64,000 nucleotides of DNA, taken from NCBI GenBank assembly GCA_038231135.1, contig JBBRLX010000001.1:203956-267955 (forward strand), written 5' to 3'. The position numbers and the translations under genes are program-made. Origin of the DNA: Candidatus Eiseniibacteriota bacterium (GTDB taxonomy: Bacteria; Eisenbacteria; RBG-16-71-46). The notes beneath the pieces are model-generated. The model saw nothing but the letters and a program-made list of their open reading frames with translations. It had not been told where the DNA came from and made no database searches. How positions within the stretch are numbered: position 1 is the stretch's first letter; each line of letters begins with the position of its first letter. Positions 8,535-17,497 of this stretch are shown in pieces.

Positions 8535-9626
8535 ATGCCCGACACCGTGTCCACCGACTCCCTGCTCGTCCTGCTCGAATCCCTCGTGAACATCCCGAGC
8601 GAGACGGGCCACGAGGACGCGGTCGTGGAGTTCATCCGCGGCCGGCTGCGGATGGCGGGAGCCACGCGCGGCGAGACGCTGGCCTCGGGACGCAGCTTGA
8701 TCTGGCGCGGTCCGCAGCGTGGCAAGCCGCTGGTGGTGCTCGCGGGGCACACGGACACCGTGCCCGCGCAGGGCAACGCGACGGCGCGCCGCGAGGGCGA
8801 CAAGCTGTACGGCGTCGGCACCACCGACATGAAGTCCGGCGACGCGGTGATGCTCGCGCTGATCGAATCGCTCGATCCGATGTCGCTGCGGTTCGATCTG
8901 GCATGCGTGTTCTACGACGGAGAAGAAGGGCCGCAAACCGGCAACGGTCTCGGCCGCGTGCTGCAGGAGCTGCCGTGGCTCGCGGACGCGAGCCTCGCGG
9001 TGCTGCTCGAGCCCACGAACCTCGGCGTCGAGCTGGGCTGCAATGGCGTGATCAACGCCGAAGTGCGGGTGACGGGCAAGAGCGCGCATAGCGCGCGACC
9101 GTGGACCGGCGTGAACGCGATCGGCCGCGCGGCGGCGTGGCTCGCCGAGATCACCCAGGTGCCGGTGAAGCCGAAGCAGCTCCACGGCGTCGAGTACATC
9201 GAGACGCTGCAGGTCACGACGCTCACCGCCGGGCGCGCGCGCAACGTCGTGCCCGACGAACTGGTCGCGAACCTCAACTATCGTTTTACTCCCGACATGT
9301 CGATCGCGGATGCCGAGCAGGCGCTACGCGCACGCGTGCCCGCGGAGTTCGAGTTGCGGTTCGTCGATCGCGCACCGGCCGGCGACATGAGCCTCGACGC
9401 GCCCGCGGTCAAAGAGTTCGTCGCGCGGTTCCCGGCGAAGCTCGCGGGCAAGCAGGGCTGGACGGACGTGGCGCGGTTCACGGCCGCCGGCATCCCGGCG
9501 TTCAACTTCGGTCCCGGCCGTCCCGAGCTGTGTCATCAGGCGGGCGAGTACTGCCCGATCGGCAATCTCGAACCGGCGTATCGCTGGCTCGCGGAGTTTC
9601 TCACCACCCGCGGAGCGGCCGCATGA
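8535..9626 (+). CDS. dapE: Succinyl-diaminopimelate desuccinylase (M20 family)
   Basis: LAGHTDTVP, GTTDMKSG, DGEEG, HSARPW, GWTDVARF motifs; clustered with dapC and dapD. Confidence 0.9.
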   Translation: MPDTVSTDSLLVLLESLVNIPSETGHEDAVVEFIRGRLRMAGATRGETLASGRSLIWRGPQRGKPLVVLAGHTDTVPAQGNATARREGDKLYGVGTTDMKSGDAVMLALIESLDPMSLRFDLACVFYDGEEGPQTGNGLGRVLQELPWLADASLAVLLEPTNLGVELGCNGVINAEVRVTGKSAHSARPWTGVNAIGRAAAWLAEITQVPVKPKQLHGVEYIETLQVTTLTAGRARNVVPDELVANLNYRFTPDMSIADAEQALRARVPAEFELRFVDRAPAGDMSLDAPAVKEFVARFPAKLAGKQGWTDVARFTAAGIPAFNFGPGRPELCHQAGEYCPIGNLEPAYRWLAEFLTTRGAAA

Positions 9627-10807
9627 CTTCATCCCGCGTCGGCGCCCACGTGTCGCTGCCCGGCCCGATCAATCCGCTGCTCGAGGGTCCCGGCGAATAT
9701 CCGTTCGTGCGCCTCGAGCGGCGCAGCCGCGAGCTGATCCCCGCCGGCGTCACGCCGATCGACTTCAGCATCGGCGACCCGCGCGAGCGCACGCCGGCAT
9801 TCATCCGCGATGCGTTGCGCGCGGCGGTGCCCGAGGTTTCGAGCTATCCGACCGTCGCCGGGGTGCCGGAGCTGCGCCGCGCCGCCGCGGGCTGGGCGCA
9901 GCGCCGGTTCGGCATCACGCTCGATCCGGATACGGAGCTGCTGCCGGTGAACGGCACCAAGGAGGCAGTGTTCCTGCTCGCGTTCGCGGTGATCGGCCGC
10001 GAGGCCGAGAAGAATCTCGTCGTGATCCCGACGCCGGCCTATCCGGTGTATGCACCTGCCGCGCGGCTCGCGGGCGGCGAGCCGCACTTCGTGCCGCTGC
10101 GCTCCGCCGATGGCTGGAAGTTCCGGCTCGACTCGGTGCCCGATGAGATCTGGCGGCGCACGGCGCTGCTGTGGCTCAACAGTCCGCACAATCCCACGGG
10201 CTCGATGCTCGAGCTGAACGAGCTGTCCGCGATCGGCGCGCACGCCCGGCAGTTCGGCTACTGGGTCGGCGCCGACGAGGCGTATGCCGAGGTGTTCTTC
10301 GGCGACGCCCGGCCGCACTCGATGCTCGAGTGCGGGCTCGAGAACGTGCTGGCGTTCCACACGCTCAGCAAGCGCTCGGCGATGACCGGCTATCGCTCGG
10401 GCTTCATGGCCGGCGACGCGCGCCTGATCCACGCACTGCGGCGGCTGCGTCCGAACGTCGGCGTCGCCACGCCGGAGTTCGTGCAGCGCGCCGCGATCGT
10501 GGCGTGGAACGACGACGCGCATGCCGCGGCGCAGCGCGACGTCTACCGCACGAAGCGCGACGTGATGCTCGCCGCATTCACGGCCAAGGGCTGGCACGTC
10601 GAGGCGAGCGTGGCGGCGTTCTACCTGTGGATGCGCGTGCCGGACGGCGACGACACTGCGTTCGTCGAGCGCCTGCTGCGCGCGGGGCTCGTCGCGATGC
10701 CGGGCTCGTGGTTCGACCCGGCGGGCGCGGGCTACGTGCGCTGGGCGCTCGTGCCGACGCTCGAGCAGTGCCGCGAGGCGCTCGAGCGGATAAGTCACAT
10801 CGCCTGA
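9623..10807 (+). CDS. dapC: Succinyldiaminopimelate aminotransferase (PLP class I/II)
   Basis: NSPHNPTG, DEAYAE, TLSKRSAMTGYRSG; located between dapE and dapD. Confidence 0.85.
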   Translation: MTSSRVGAHVSLPGPINPLLEGPGEYPFVRLERRSRELIPAGVTPIDFSIGDPRERTPAFIRDALRAAVPEVSSYPTVAGVPELRRAAAGWAQRRFGITLDPDTELLPVNGTKEAVFLLAFAVIGREAEKNLVVIPTPAYPVYAPAARLAGGEPHFVPLRSADGWKFRLDSVPDEIWRRTALLWLNSPHNPTGSMLELNELSAIGAHARQFGYWVGADEAYAEVFFGDARPHSMLECGLENVLAFHTLSKRSAMTGYRSGFMAGDARLIHALRRLRPNVGVATPEFVQRAAIVAWNDDAHAAAQRDVYRTKRDVMLAAFTAKGWHVEASVAAFYLWMRVPDGDDTAFVERLLRAGLVAMPGSWFDPAGAGYVRWALVPTLEQCREALERISHIA

Positions 10808-10824
10808 GTCCCCGGAGACTGCGC

Positions 10825-11655
<831 letters not shown>

Positions 11656-11726
11656 GTGCGGGGCCCGGCGCTGCGTTACCGGCGCCCGGCGCCCGAACGC
11701 AAGCGCGTTCGCAACCGCCCAGCGGG

Positions 11727-11905
11727 TCAGGGCAGGCGAACGATTCGCCGCGCTTGGCTCTCACCGTTCGCGTTCAGCTCGTAGAAGTAGGCGCCCGCCG
11801 GCATGGCACGCCCATTCAGCGGCGGGAGCTGATCGTGACCTGTCGCCCGGCCAGCACGTCACGAATGTGGCAGTCGTTGAGACGAACCTCGGACTGCTCG
11901 AGCAA
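11727..11905 (-). pseudogene. Frameshifted remnant of an FlgD-Ig/secretion-signal-like C-terminal domain
   Basis: One frame reads EVRLNDCHIRDVLAGRQV; a second reads LNGRAMPAGAYFYELNANGESQARRIVRLP* and is closed upstream by a stop at about 11859. Confidence 0.5.
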
Positions 11906-12053
11906 CGCGACCACCTGCCCGCGTACCGTCGTATCCAGCCGGCGGATCGAGCCCGAGGCTTGACCCTCGTCCGGGGCCGCTCCTAGACTCCGGATGGTTC
12001 GGTGGCCGTCCTCCGAGGCTGCCGCTTTCGAGCTTGCGGACCGTGGAGGCACG

Positions 12054-12413
12054 TTGGCTGTCATCCGTCTCGAGGGCCTGTCCGTGTTCGGACATCACGG
12101 CGCCCGGCCATACGAAAAGGAAGCCGGGCAGCGCCTCGAGGTCGATCTCGAGCTCGAACCGATGGACAATCGGGCCGAGTCGAGTGACCGGCTGGCGGAC
12201 GCGGTGGATTACGACCGGCTGTACCGCACGGTGCGTGAGGTGGTGGAGGACCAGAGCTTCCACCTGCTCGAGAAACTGGCGGCCACGACGGCCGAGGCGA
12301 TCCTGGAACGATTCAACGTCCGCTCCGTCAAGGTGCGGATCTCGAAGCAGAACCTGGGTTGGACCACCGGGGGCCGCGCGGTGATCGAAGTGGAGAGGAC
12401 GCGTACGTCATGA
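12054..12413 (+). CDS. folB: Dihydroneopterin aldolase
   Basis: GGAGG RBS plus TTG start; FGHHG..EKEAGQR.EVD, DAVDY, HLLEKLA. Confidence 0.9.
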   Translation: MAVIRLEGLSVFGHHGARPYEKEAGQRLEVDLELEPMDNRAESSDRLADAVDYDRLYRTVREVVEDQSFHLLEKLAATTAEAILERFNVRSVKVRISKQNLGWTTGGRAVIEVERTRTS

Positions 12414-12907
12414 AGGCGTTCATCGGATTGGGATCGAACCTGGGCGAACGCGAGGCGATGATCCGCCTGGCGCTCGACGACCTCGCGCGGATGCCCGAGA
12501 CGCTGCTGGTGCGCGCGTCGTCGCTGTACGACACCGAGCCGGTGGGCGAGGTGGAGCAGCCCAACTTCCTCAATGCGGTGGCGCAGATCGACACCGAGCT
12601 CACGCCGCGCCAGCTGCTGTGGAACCTGATGCTGATCGAGAAGCGCCTCGGCCGGGTGCGCACCCAGCAGCGCTGGGGCCCGCGCGCGATCGACCTCGAT
12701 CTGCTGCTCTACGGCAGCCTGATCATCGACGAGGCCGATCTGCAGATTCCGCACCCCGAGCTGACCAGGCGCTCGTTCGTGCTCGTGCCGCTCATGGAGC
12801 TGGACCCGCTGCTCGTGCATCCGGTCACGGGGGAGACGCTGCTGAACCAGCTGTCACGTCTCGACGCCCGTCCGCCGGTGCGGCGCGGCAGCCGGCTGTG
12901 GAACTGA
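12410..12907 (+). CDS. folK: 6-hydroxymethyl-7,8-dihydropterin pyrophosphokinase
   Basis: IGLGSNLG, FLNAV, WGPRAIDLDLL, IPHP..R.FVL.PL. Confidence 0.95.
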   Translation: MKAFIGLGSNLGEREAMIRLALDDLARMPETLLVRASSLYDTEPVGEVEQPNFLNAVAQIDTELTPRQLLWNLMLIEKRLGRVRTQQRWGPRAIDLDLLLYGSLIIDEADLQIPHPELTRRSFVLVPLMELDPLLVHPVTGETLLNQLSRLDARPPVRRGSRLWN

Positions 12908-12942
12908 CGCCTTAAGGCCGCGCGGCGCCCCTTCCAGAGCCC

Positions 12943-13593
12943 ATGGCCGAGAACCGGTACGTCGTCGTCGAAGGGGTGATCGGGGCCGGCAAGACGAGCC
13001 TCGCCCGGCTGATGAGCGAGCGGCTCCAGGCCCGGCTGGTGCTCGAGGAAGTCGAGGAGAACCCGTTCCTCAAGGACTTCTACCAGGACCGCGAGCGGTT
13101 CGCGTTCCAGACCCAGATGCACTTCCTGTTCAGCCGCTACCAGCAGCAGCGCTCGCTCCGCCAGCTCGACCTGTTCCACGAGCGCATGGTGTCCGACTAC
13201 CTGTTCCAGAAGGACCGCATCTTCGCCGGGCTCAACCTGTCCGAGCGCGAGCTGGCGCTGTACGACCGGCTGGTCGCCTGGCTCGAGCTCGACGTGATGA
13301 AGCCGGACGTGGTGGTGTATTTGCAGGCCAACCCGGACACGCTCATGATGCGTATCGCGCGCCGCGGGCGGACGTTCGAGCGCGACATGAGCCGCGACTA
13401 CATCCGCCAGCTGAACGACGCCTACAACCACTTCTTCTTTCATTACGCCGAAGCGCCGCTGCTGGTGGTGAACACCAATGCCATCGATTTCGTGAACAAT
13501 CCCGACGACTTCGAGGACCTGATGCAACGCATCATCGTGCATCGCCAGGGCACCACGTACTACGCACCCATCGACCGCGGAGCCGCGACGTGA
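12943..13593 (+). CDS. Deoxynucleoside kinase family protein
   Basis: VEGVIGAGKTSL P-loop, ENPFL.DFY, AFQTQ..FL.SR, RGR.FE. Confidence 0.9.
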   Translation: MAENRYVVVEGVIGAGKTSLARLMSERLQARLVLEEVEENPFLKDFYQDRERFAFQTQMHFLFSRYQQQRSLRQLDLFHERMVSDYLFQKDRIFAGLNLSERELALYDRLVAWLELDVMKPDVVVYLQANPDTLMMRIARRGRTFERDMSRDYIRQLNDAYNHFFFHYAEAPLLVVNTNAIDFVNNPDDFEDLMQRIIVHRQGTTYYAPIDRGAAT

Positions 13594-14426
13594 CCGGCGA
13601 GCCGTCGGTCGGCGCCGGCCGCACCCGTCGCCACAAGGTCACCGCACCCCAGGTGCTCGAGCTCAAGCGCAAGGGCCAGCCCATCACGGTGGTGACGGCG
13701 TATGATTTTCCCACCGCGCGGCTCGCCGACGACGCTGGCGTCGACATGCTGCTGGTCGGCGACAGCGTCGGCACCGTGGTGCTGGGCTACGACAGCACAC
13801 TGCCCGTGACGATGGCCGACATGCTGCATCACACCCGCGCCGTGACGCGCGCGAAGCCCGCGGCGCTGGTGATCGGCGACATGCCGTTCATGTCGTACCA
13901 GGTGAGCGTCGAACAGGCGGTCGCGAACGCCGGGCGGCTGGTGCAGCAGGGCGGCGCCGACGCGATCAAGCTCGAAGGCGGCGAGCGTGTGGTCGAGTCG
14001 GTGAAGCGCATCGTCGATGCCGGCATCCCGGTGATGGGGCACCTCGGCCTCACGCCGCAGTCGGTGCTCGCGTTCGGGGGTTACAAGGTGCAGGGCCGCG
14101 GCGAGGCCGATCAGGAGCGGCTGCTGCGCGAGGCAAAGCTGCTGGAGGCCGCCGGCTGCTTCTCGATCGTGCTCGAAGGCATACCCGCCAAACTCGGCAC
14201 CGAGGTCAGCAAGGCGCTCACCGTGCCCACCATCGGCATCGGCGCCGGCGTGGGCTGCGACGGACAGGTGCTGGTGACGCACGATCTCCTGGGGTTCTAC
14301 CTGGGCCACACCCCCAAGTTCGTGCGCCGCTACGCCGAGCTGTCGACCACGATCCGCGAGGCGTTCGAGCGATTCGTCGCCGACGTGCGCGAGCGGCGGT
14401 TCCCGAGCGACAAGGAGTCCTATTGA
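13590..14426 (+). CDS. panB: 3-methyl-2-oxobutanoate hydroxymethyltransferase
   Basis: TAYD, LLVGDS, DMPF.SY, KLEGG, GHLGLTPQ, IGIGAG..CDGQVLV. Confidence 0.97.
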   Translation: MTGEPSVGAGRTRRHKVTAPQVLELKRKGQPITVVTAYDFPTARLADDAGVDMLLVGDSVGTVVLGYDSTLPVTMADMLHHTRAVTRAKPAALVIGDMPFMSYQVSVEQAVANAGRLVQQGGADAIKLEGGERVVESVKRIVDAGIPVMGHLGLTPQSVLAFGGYKVQGRGEADQERLLREAKLLEAAGCFSIVLEGIPAKLGTEVSKALTVPTIGIGAGVGCDGQVLVTHDLLGFYLGHTPKFVRRYAELSTTIREAFERFVADVRERRFPSDKESY

Positions 14427-14500
14427 GCACCCGGCCGTCCGCCGGGCGCCGCCGCCGTGCCGGGGCGACCCGCGCGCGCGGACACCGCCGGACGGGCTCG

Positions 14501-15349
14501 ATGCGGGTCGTGCGCGGCATTGCCGCGCTGCGCCGGGTGATCGCGAGCTGGCGCGGCGAGGGCACGACGATCGCGTTCGTGCCCACCATGGGAGCGCTCC
14601 ATCGCGGCCACCTGTCGCTGGTCCGGCGGGCGCGCGCCACGTCGGATCGCGTGGTCGTGAGCATCTTCGTCAATCCGCTCCAGTTCGGACCGCACGAGGA
14701 CTTCCGGCGTTATCCGCGTCCGATCGGCGCCGACCGCGCGCTGTTGCGCGCCGCCGGCGTCGATGTGTTGTGGCAGCCGGACGCCGACGAGATCTATCCG
14801 CCCGGCGACTGCACGCGGGTGCGGGTGGAAGGGTTCGATGCCACGCTCGAGGGCGTCTCGCGGCCGGGACACTTCACCGGCGTCACGACCGTGGTGGCGA
14901 AGCTGCTCCACGCGGTCGCCCCCGACGTGCTGTGGCTGGGACAGAAGGACGCGCAGCAGGCCCGGCTGATCGAACGGATGGTGAAGGACCTGCTGATTCC
15001 GGTCCGGGTGCGCCGCGCGCCGACCGTGCGCGAGCGCGACGGCCTTGCGTGTTCGTCGCGGAACCTGTATCTCAGCCCGGAGCAGCGGGCCGACGCGGTG
15101 GCGCTGTCGCGAGGGCTCGCCGAGGTGAAGGCGGCGCTCGACCGCGGCGAACGCCGCGCCGCGACCTTGGTGCGGCTGGTGCGGCGCGCCTGGCGCGACG
15201 CGCCGTCGGTGCGTGAGGACTACGTGGCGGTGGTCGACGCCGCGACGCTGGCGCCGGTCAAGGCCGTGCGCGGGAAGGTGCTGGTGGCGGTCGCGGCGCG
15301 CGTCGGCGCCACGCGACTGATCGACAATCTCGAATGGGAGCCACGATGA
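14501..15349 (+). CDS. panC: Pantoate-beta-alanine ligase
   Basis: FVPTMGALHRGH, SIFVNPLQF, SRPGHF.GV, GQKDAQQ, SSRN.YL, RLIDN. Alternative TTG start at 14423. Confidence 0.96.
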   Translation: MRVVRGIAALRRVIASWRGEGTTIAFVPTMGALHRGHLSLVRRARATSDRVVVSIFVNPLQFGPHEDFRRYPRPIGADRALLRAAGVDVLWQPDADEIYPPGDCTRVRVEGFDATLEGVSRPGHFTGVTTVVAKLLHAVAPDVLWLGQKDAQQARLIERMVKDLLIPVRVRRAPTVRERDGLACSSRNLYLSPEQRADAVALSRGLAEVKAALDRGERRAATLVRLVRRAWRDAPSVREDYVAVVDAATLAPVKAVRGKVLVAVAARVGATRLIDNLEWEPR

Positions 15350-16125
15350 CGCAGTACCGGCATCCGGATGTGGTGGCGCTCGTGCTCGCCGCGGGCCAGG
15401 GCACGCGCATGCAGAGCGATCTCGCCAAGGTGCTGCATCCGATGGCCGGCCAGCCGCTGCTGGCGCACGTGCTCAGCACGCTCGACGACCTCGGCGTGGG
15501 CCGGCAGCTCGTCGTGATCGGGCACCAGCGCGAGCGGGTGCGCGAGGCGTTCGCGGATTCGGACGTCGAATGGGTCGTGCAAGCCGAGCAGCGCGGCACC
15601 GGTCATGCCGTGCTGATGGCGGGGCCGGCGCTCGAGGGCTTCGAAGGCCGCATGCTGCTGGTGTGCGGTGACACGCCGCTGCTGCGGGCCGCCACGCTGC
15701 ACGGGCTGATCGAGGGCCACGCGCGATCCGGCTGCTCTGCCACCGTGCTGTCGATGCGACTGCCCGATCCCAAGGGCTACGGGCGCATCCTGCGCGGGCC
15801 GAACGGCGACCTCATCGGCATCGTCGAGGAGCGCGACGCCAGCCCCGAGCAGAAGGCGATCGACGAGGTGAACTCCGGCATCTACGTGTTCGAGGTTCCG
15901 GCGCTGCACGAGGCGCTCGCCGGGCTCACCGCCCATAACGCGCAGGGTGAGTACTACCTCACCGACACCATGGACCTGATGCGCCGCGCCGGCCGCCGCG
16001 TGGCGGTGGTGTGCGCGGCGGACTACCGCGAGCTGCTGGGCATCAACACGGTGGATCAGTTGAAGCAGGCCGAGCGGGTGTGGCGCGAGCTGGGCTCGCG
16101 GGGCGGCGCTCCCGATGCCGGCTAG
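15346..16125 (+). CDS. GlmU-like UDP-GlcNAc pyrophosphorylase, N-terminal domain only
   Basis: LAAGQGTRMQS..KVLH, QRGTGHA, GDTPLL, GYGRI, EVNSG.Y, NAQGEYYLTD; no hexapeptide acetyltransferase domain. Confidence 0.88.
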   Translation: MTQYRHPDVVALVLAAGQGTRMQSDLAKVLHPMAGQPLLAHVLSTLDDLGVGRQLVVIGHQRERVREAFADSDVEWVVQAEQRGTGHAVLMAGPALEGFEGRMLLVCGDTPLLRAATLHGLIEGHARSGCSATVLSMRLPDPKGYGRILRGPNGDLIGIVEERDASPEQKAIDEVNSGIYVFEVPALHEALAGLTAHNAQGEYYLTDTMDLMRRAGRRVAVVCAADYRELLGINTVDQLKQAERVWRELGSRGGAPDAG

Positions 16126-16747
16126 GGCTCCCGGTCTGGCGCGGCTGTGGGCGCCGTGGCGCATGGCGTACATCGATGCCGCCGCGACCGGCAAGGCACG
16201 GCGCGGCCGTGGCCGGAAGGCGGTCCCGGCAGATCCGGCGCCCGGCGCCGGGCCGCCGTGCCTGTTCTGCCGCGTGCGCGACAGCGCCGACGATCGCGGG
16301 AATCTCGTGCTGGCCCGCCGCCCGCGGGCGATGCTGATGCTGAACAAGTATCCCTACAACCCCGGGCATCTGATGGTCGCGGTCATGGAGCACAAGGCGC
16401 AGTTCACCGATCTCGATGCCGCCGAGCGGCGTGACGTGCTCGAGCTGGCGGCGCTCGCCGAGCAGGCGCTGGCGGCCGAGTATCATCCACACGGCATGAA
16501 CTACGGGATCAACGTCGGCCGGGTCGCCGGCGCCGGGTTCCCCGGTCATCTCCACATGCACTTCGTGCCGCGCTGGGACGGCGACACGAATTTCATGCCG
16601 ACGGTGGGTGAGACCCGGGTGCTGCCCGAGTCGCTCGAGAATACGTGGCGGCGCCTCGGCCGCGCGATCAAGCGCCTCGGCCGCCGGCGTCCGGCGGCCA
16701 GGACCCCCCGGGGTCGAGGACGGATACGTGGCCCGCTCGCGCGGTAA
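16115..16747 (+). CDS. HIT-family hydrolase
   Basis: LWAPWRMAYI, CLFC, NKYPYNPGH, HLHMH triad, PRWDGDTNFMP. Confidence 0.9.
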   Translation: MPARAPGLARLWAPWRMAYIDAAATGKARRGRGRKAVPADPAPGAGPPCLFCRVRDSADDRGNLVLARRPRAMLMLNKYPYNPGHLMVAVMEHKAQFTDLDAAERRDVLELAALAEQALAAEYHPHGMNYGINVGRVAGAGFPGHLHMHFVPRWDGDTNFMPTVGETRVLPESLENTWRRLGRAIKRLGRRRPAARTPRGRGRIRGPLAR

Positions 16748-17156
16748 TCCGCTCGCTCGCGCGGTCCTCGGCGTGCTCGCGGTGCTGGTCGTGGCGCTCG
16801 CGCTGTCGACCGCCTACGCCCGGTTCCGGCCCACGACGCGGTTCCGCACCGACACCACGACTCACGCCCGGCCGATCCGCGTCCAGGTGCTCAACGGATC
16901 TGGGGAGAGCGGAATTGCGGGCAAAGTGGCTACCTACCTGCGGGATGGCGGGTTCCAGGTGACCGAGGTGCGCAACGCCGATCGCTCGGACTACTTCGGA
17001 TCCATGGTGGTGGCGCGCCGCGAAGATGTATCCTCCGCAGAGACCGTCGCCCGGTTCCTGGGCGGCACGCCCGTGATCCGCCAGACGTCCAGCGCGGACG
17101 GAGCCGAGGTCACGGTGGTGCTCGGCAGCGATCGCAGCCGGCTCCGCCTCGAATAG
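16728..17156 (+). CDS. LytR C-terminal domain membrane-anchored protein
   Basis: N-terminal TM helix; IRVQVLNGSG..G.A, GF.V..V.NA, VTVVLG.D. Confidence 0.85.
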   Translation: MARSRGNPLARAVLGVLAVLVVALALSTAYARFRPTTRFRTDTTTHARPIRVQVLNGSGESGIAGKVATYLRDGGFQVTEVRNADRSDYFGSMVVARREDVSSAETVARFLGGTPVIRQTSSADGAEVTVVLGSDRSRLRLE

Positions 17157-17188
17157 CAGTTCACGCAGCGCTCGCAAGGGAGACTCAC

Positions 17189-17413
17189 GTGTTCGGAATG
17201 GGTGGATCGGAACTCATGGTGCTGTTCGTGATCATCCTGTTGATCTTCGGACCGAGCCAGATCCCGAAAATGGCTCGCGGCCTCGGCCAGGCCATGCGCG
17301 AGTTTCGCAAGGCGCAGCGCGAGCTCAACGACGAGATGACCCGCGAGGACGCGCCGCCCCCTCCGCCGCGCGCGCCGGAAGTGAAATCGGTGGAGAACAA
17401 GCCCATCCAGTAA
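17189..17413 (+). CDS. tatA: Twin-arginine translocase TatA/TatE subunit
   Basis: MFGMGGSEL..IILLIFGP.QIP..ARGLG.AMREF.KA; GGAG RBS. Confidence 0.93.
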   Translation: MFGMGGSELMVLFVIILLIFGPSQIPKMARGLGQAMREFRKAQRELNDEMTREDAPPPPPRAPEVKSVENKPIQ

Positions 17414-17452
17414 TTCGGCCAGGCCCCGTTCAGGGATCACAAACGGACGGCA

Positions 17453-17487
17453 GGCGGATCCGCCGGGCCATGCCCCGCGGATCCGCC
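17453..17487. terminator. Hairpin between convergent tatA and PPIase genes
   Basis: GGCGGATCCGC…GCGGATCCGCC inverted repeat. Confidence 0.55.
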
Positions 17488-17497
17488 ATCGCATGCC

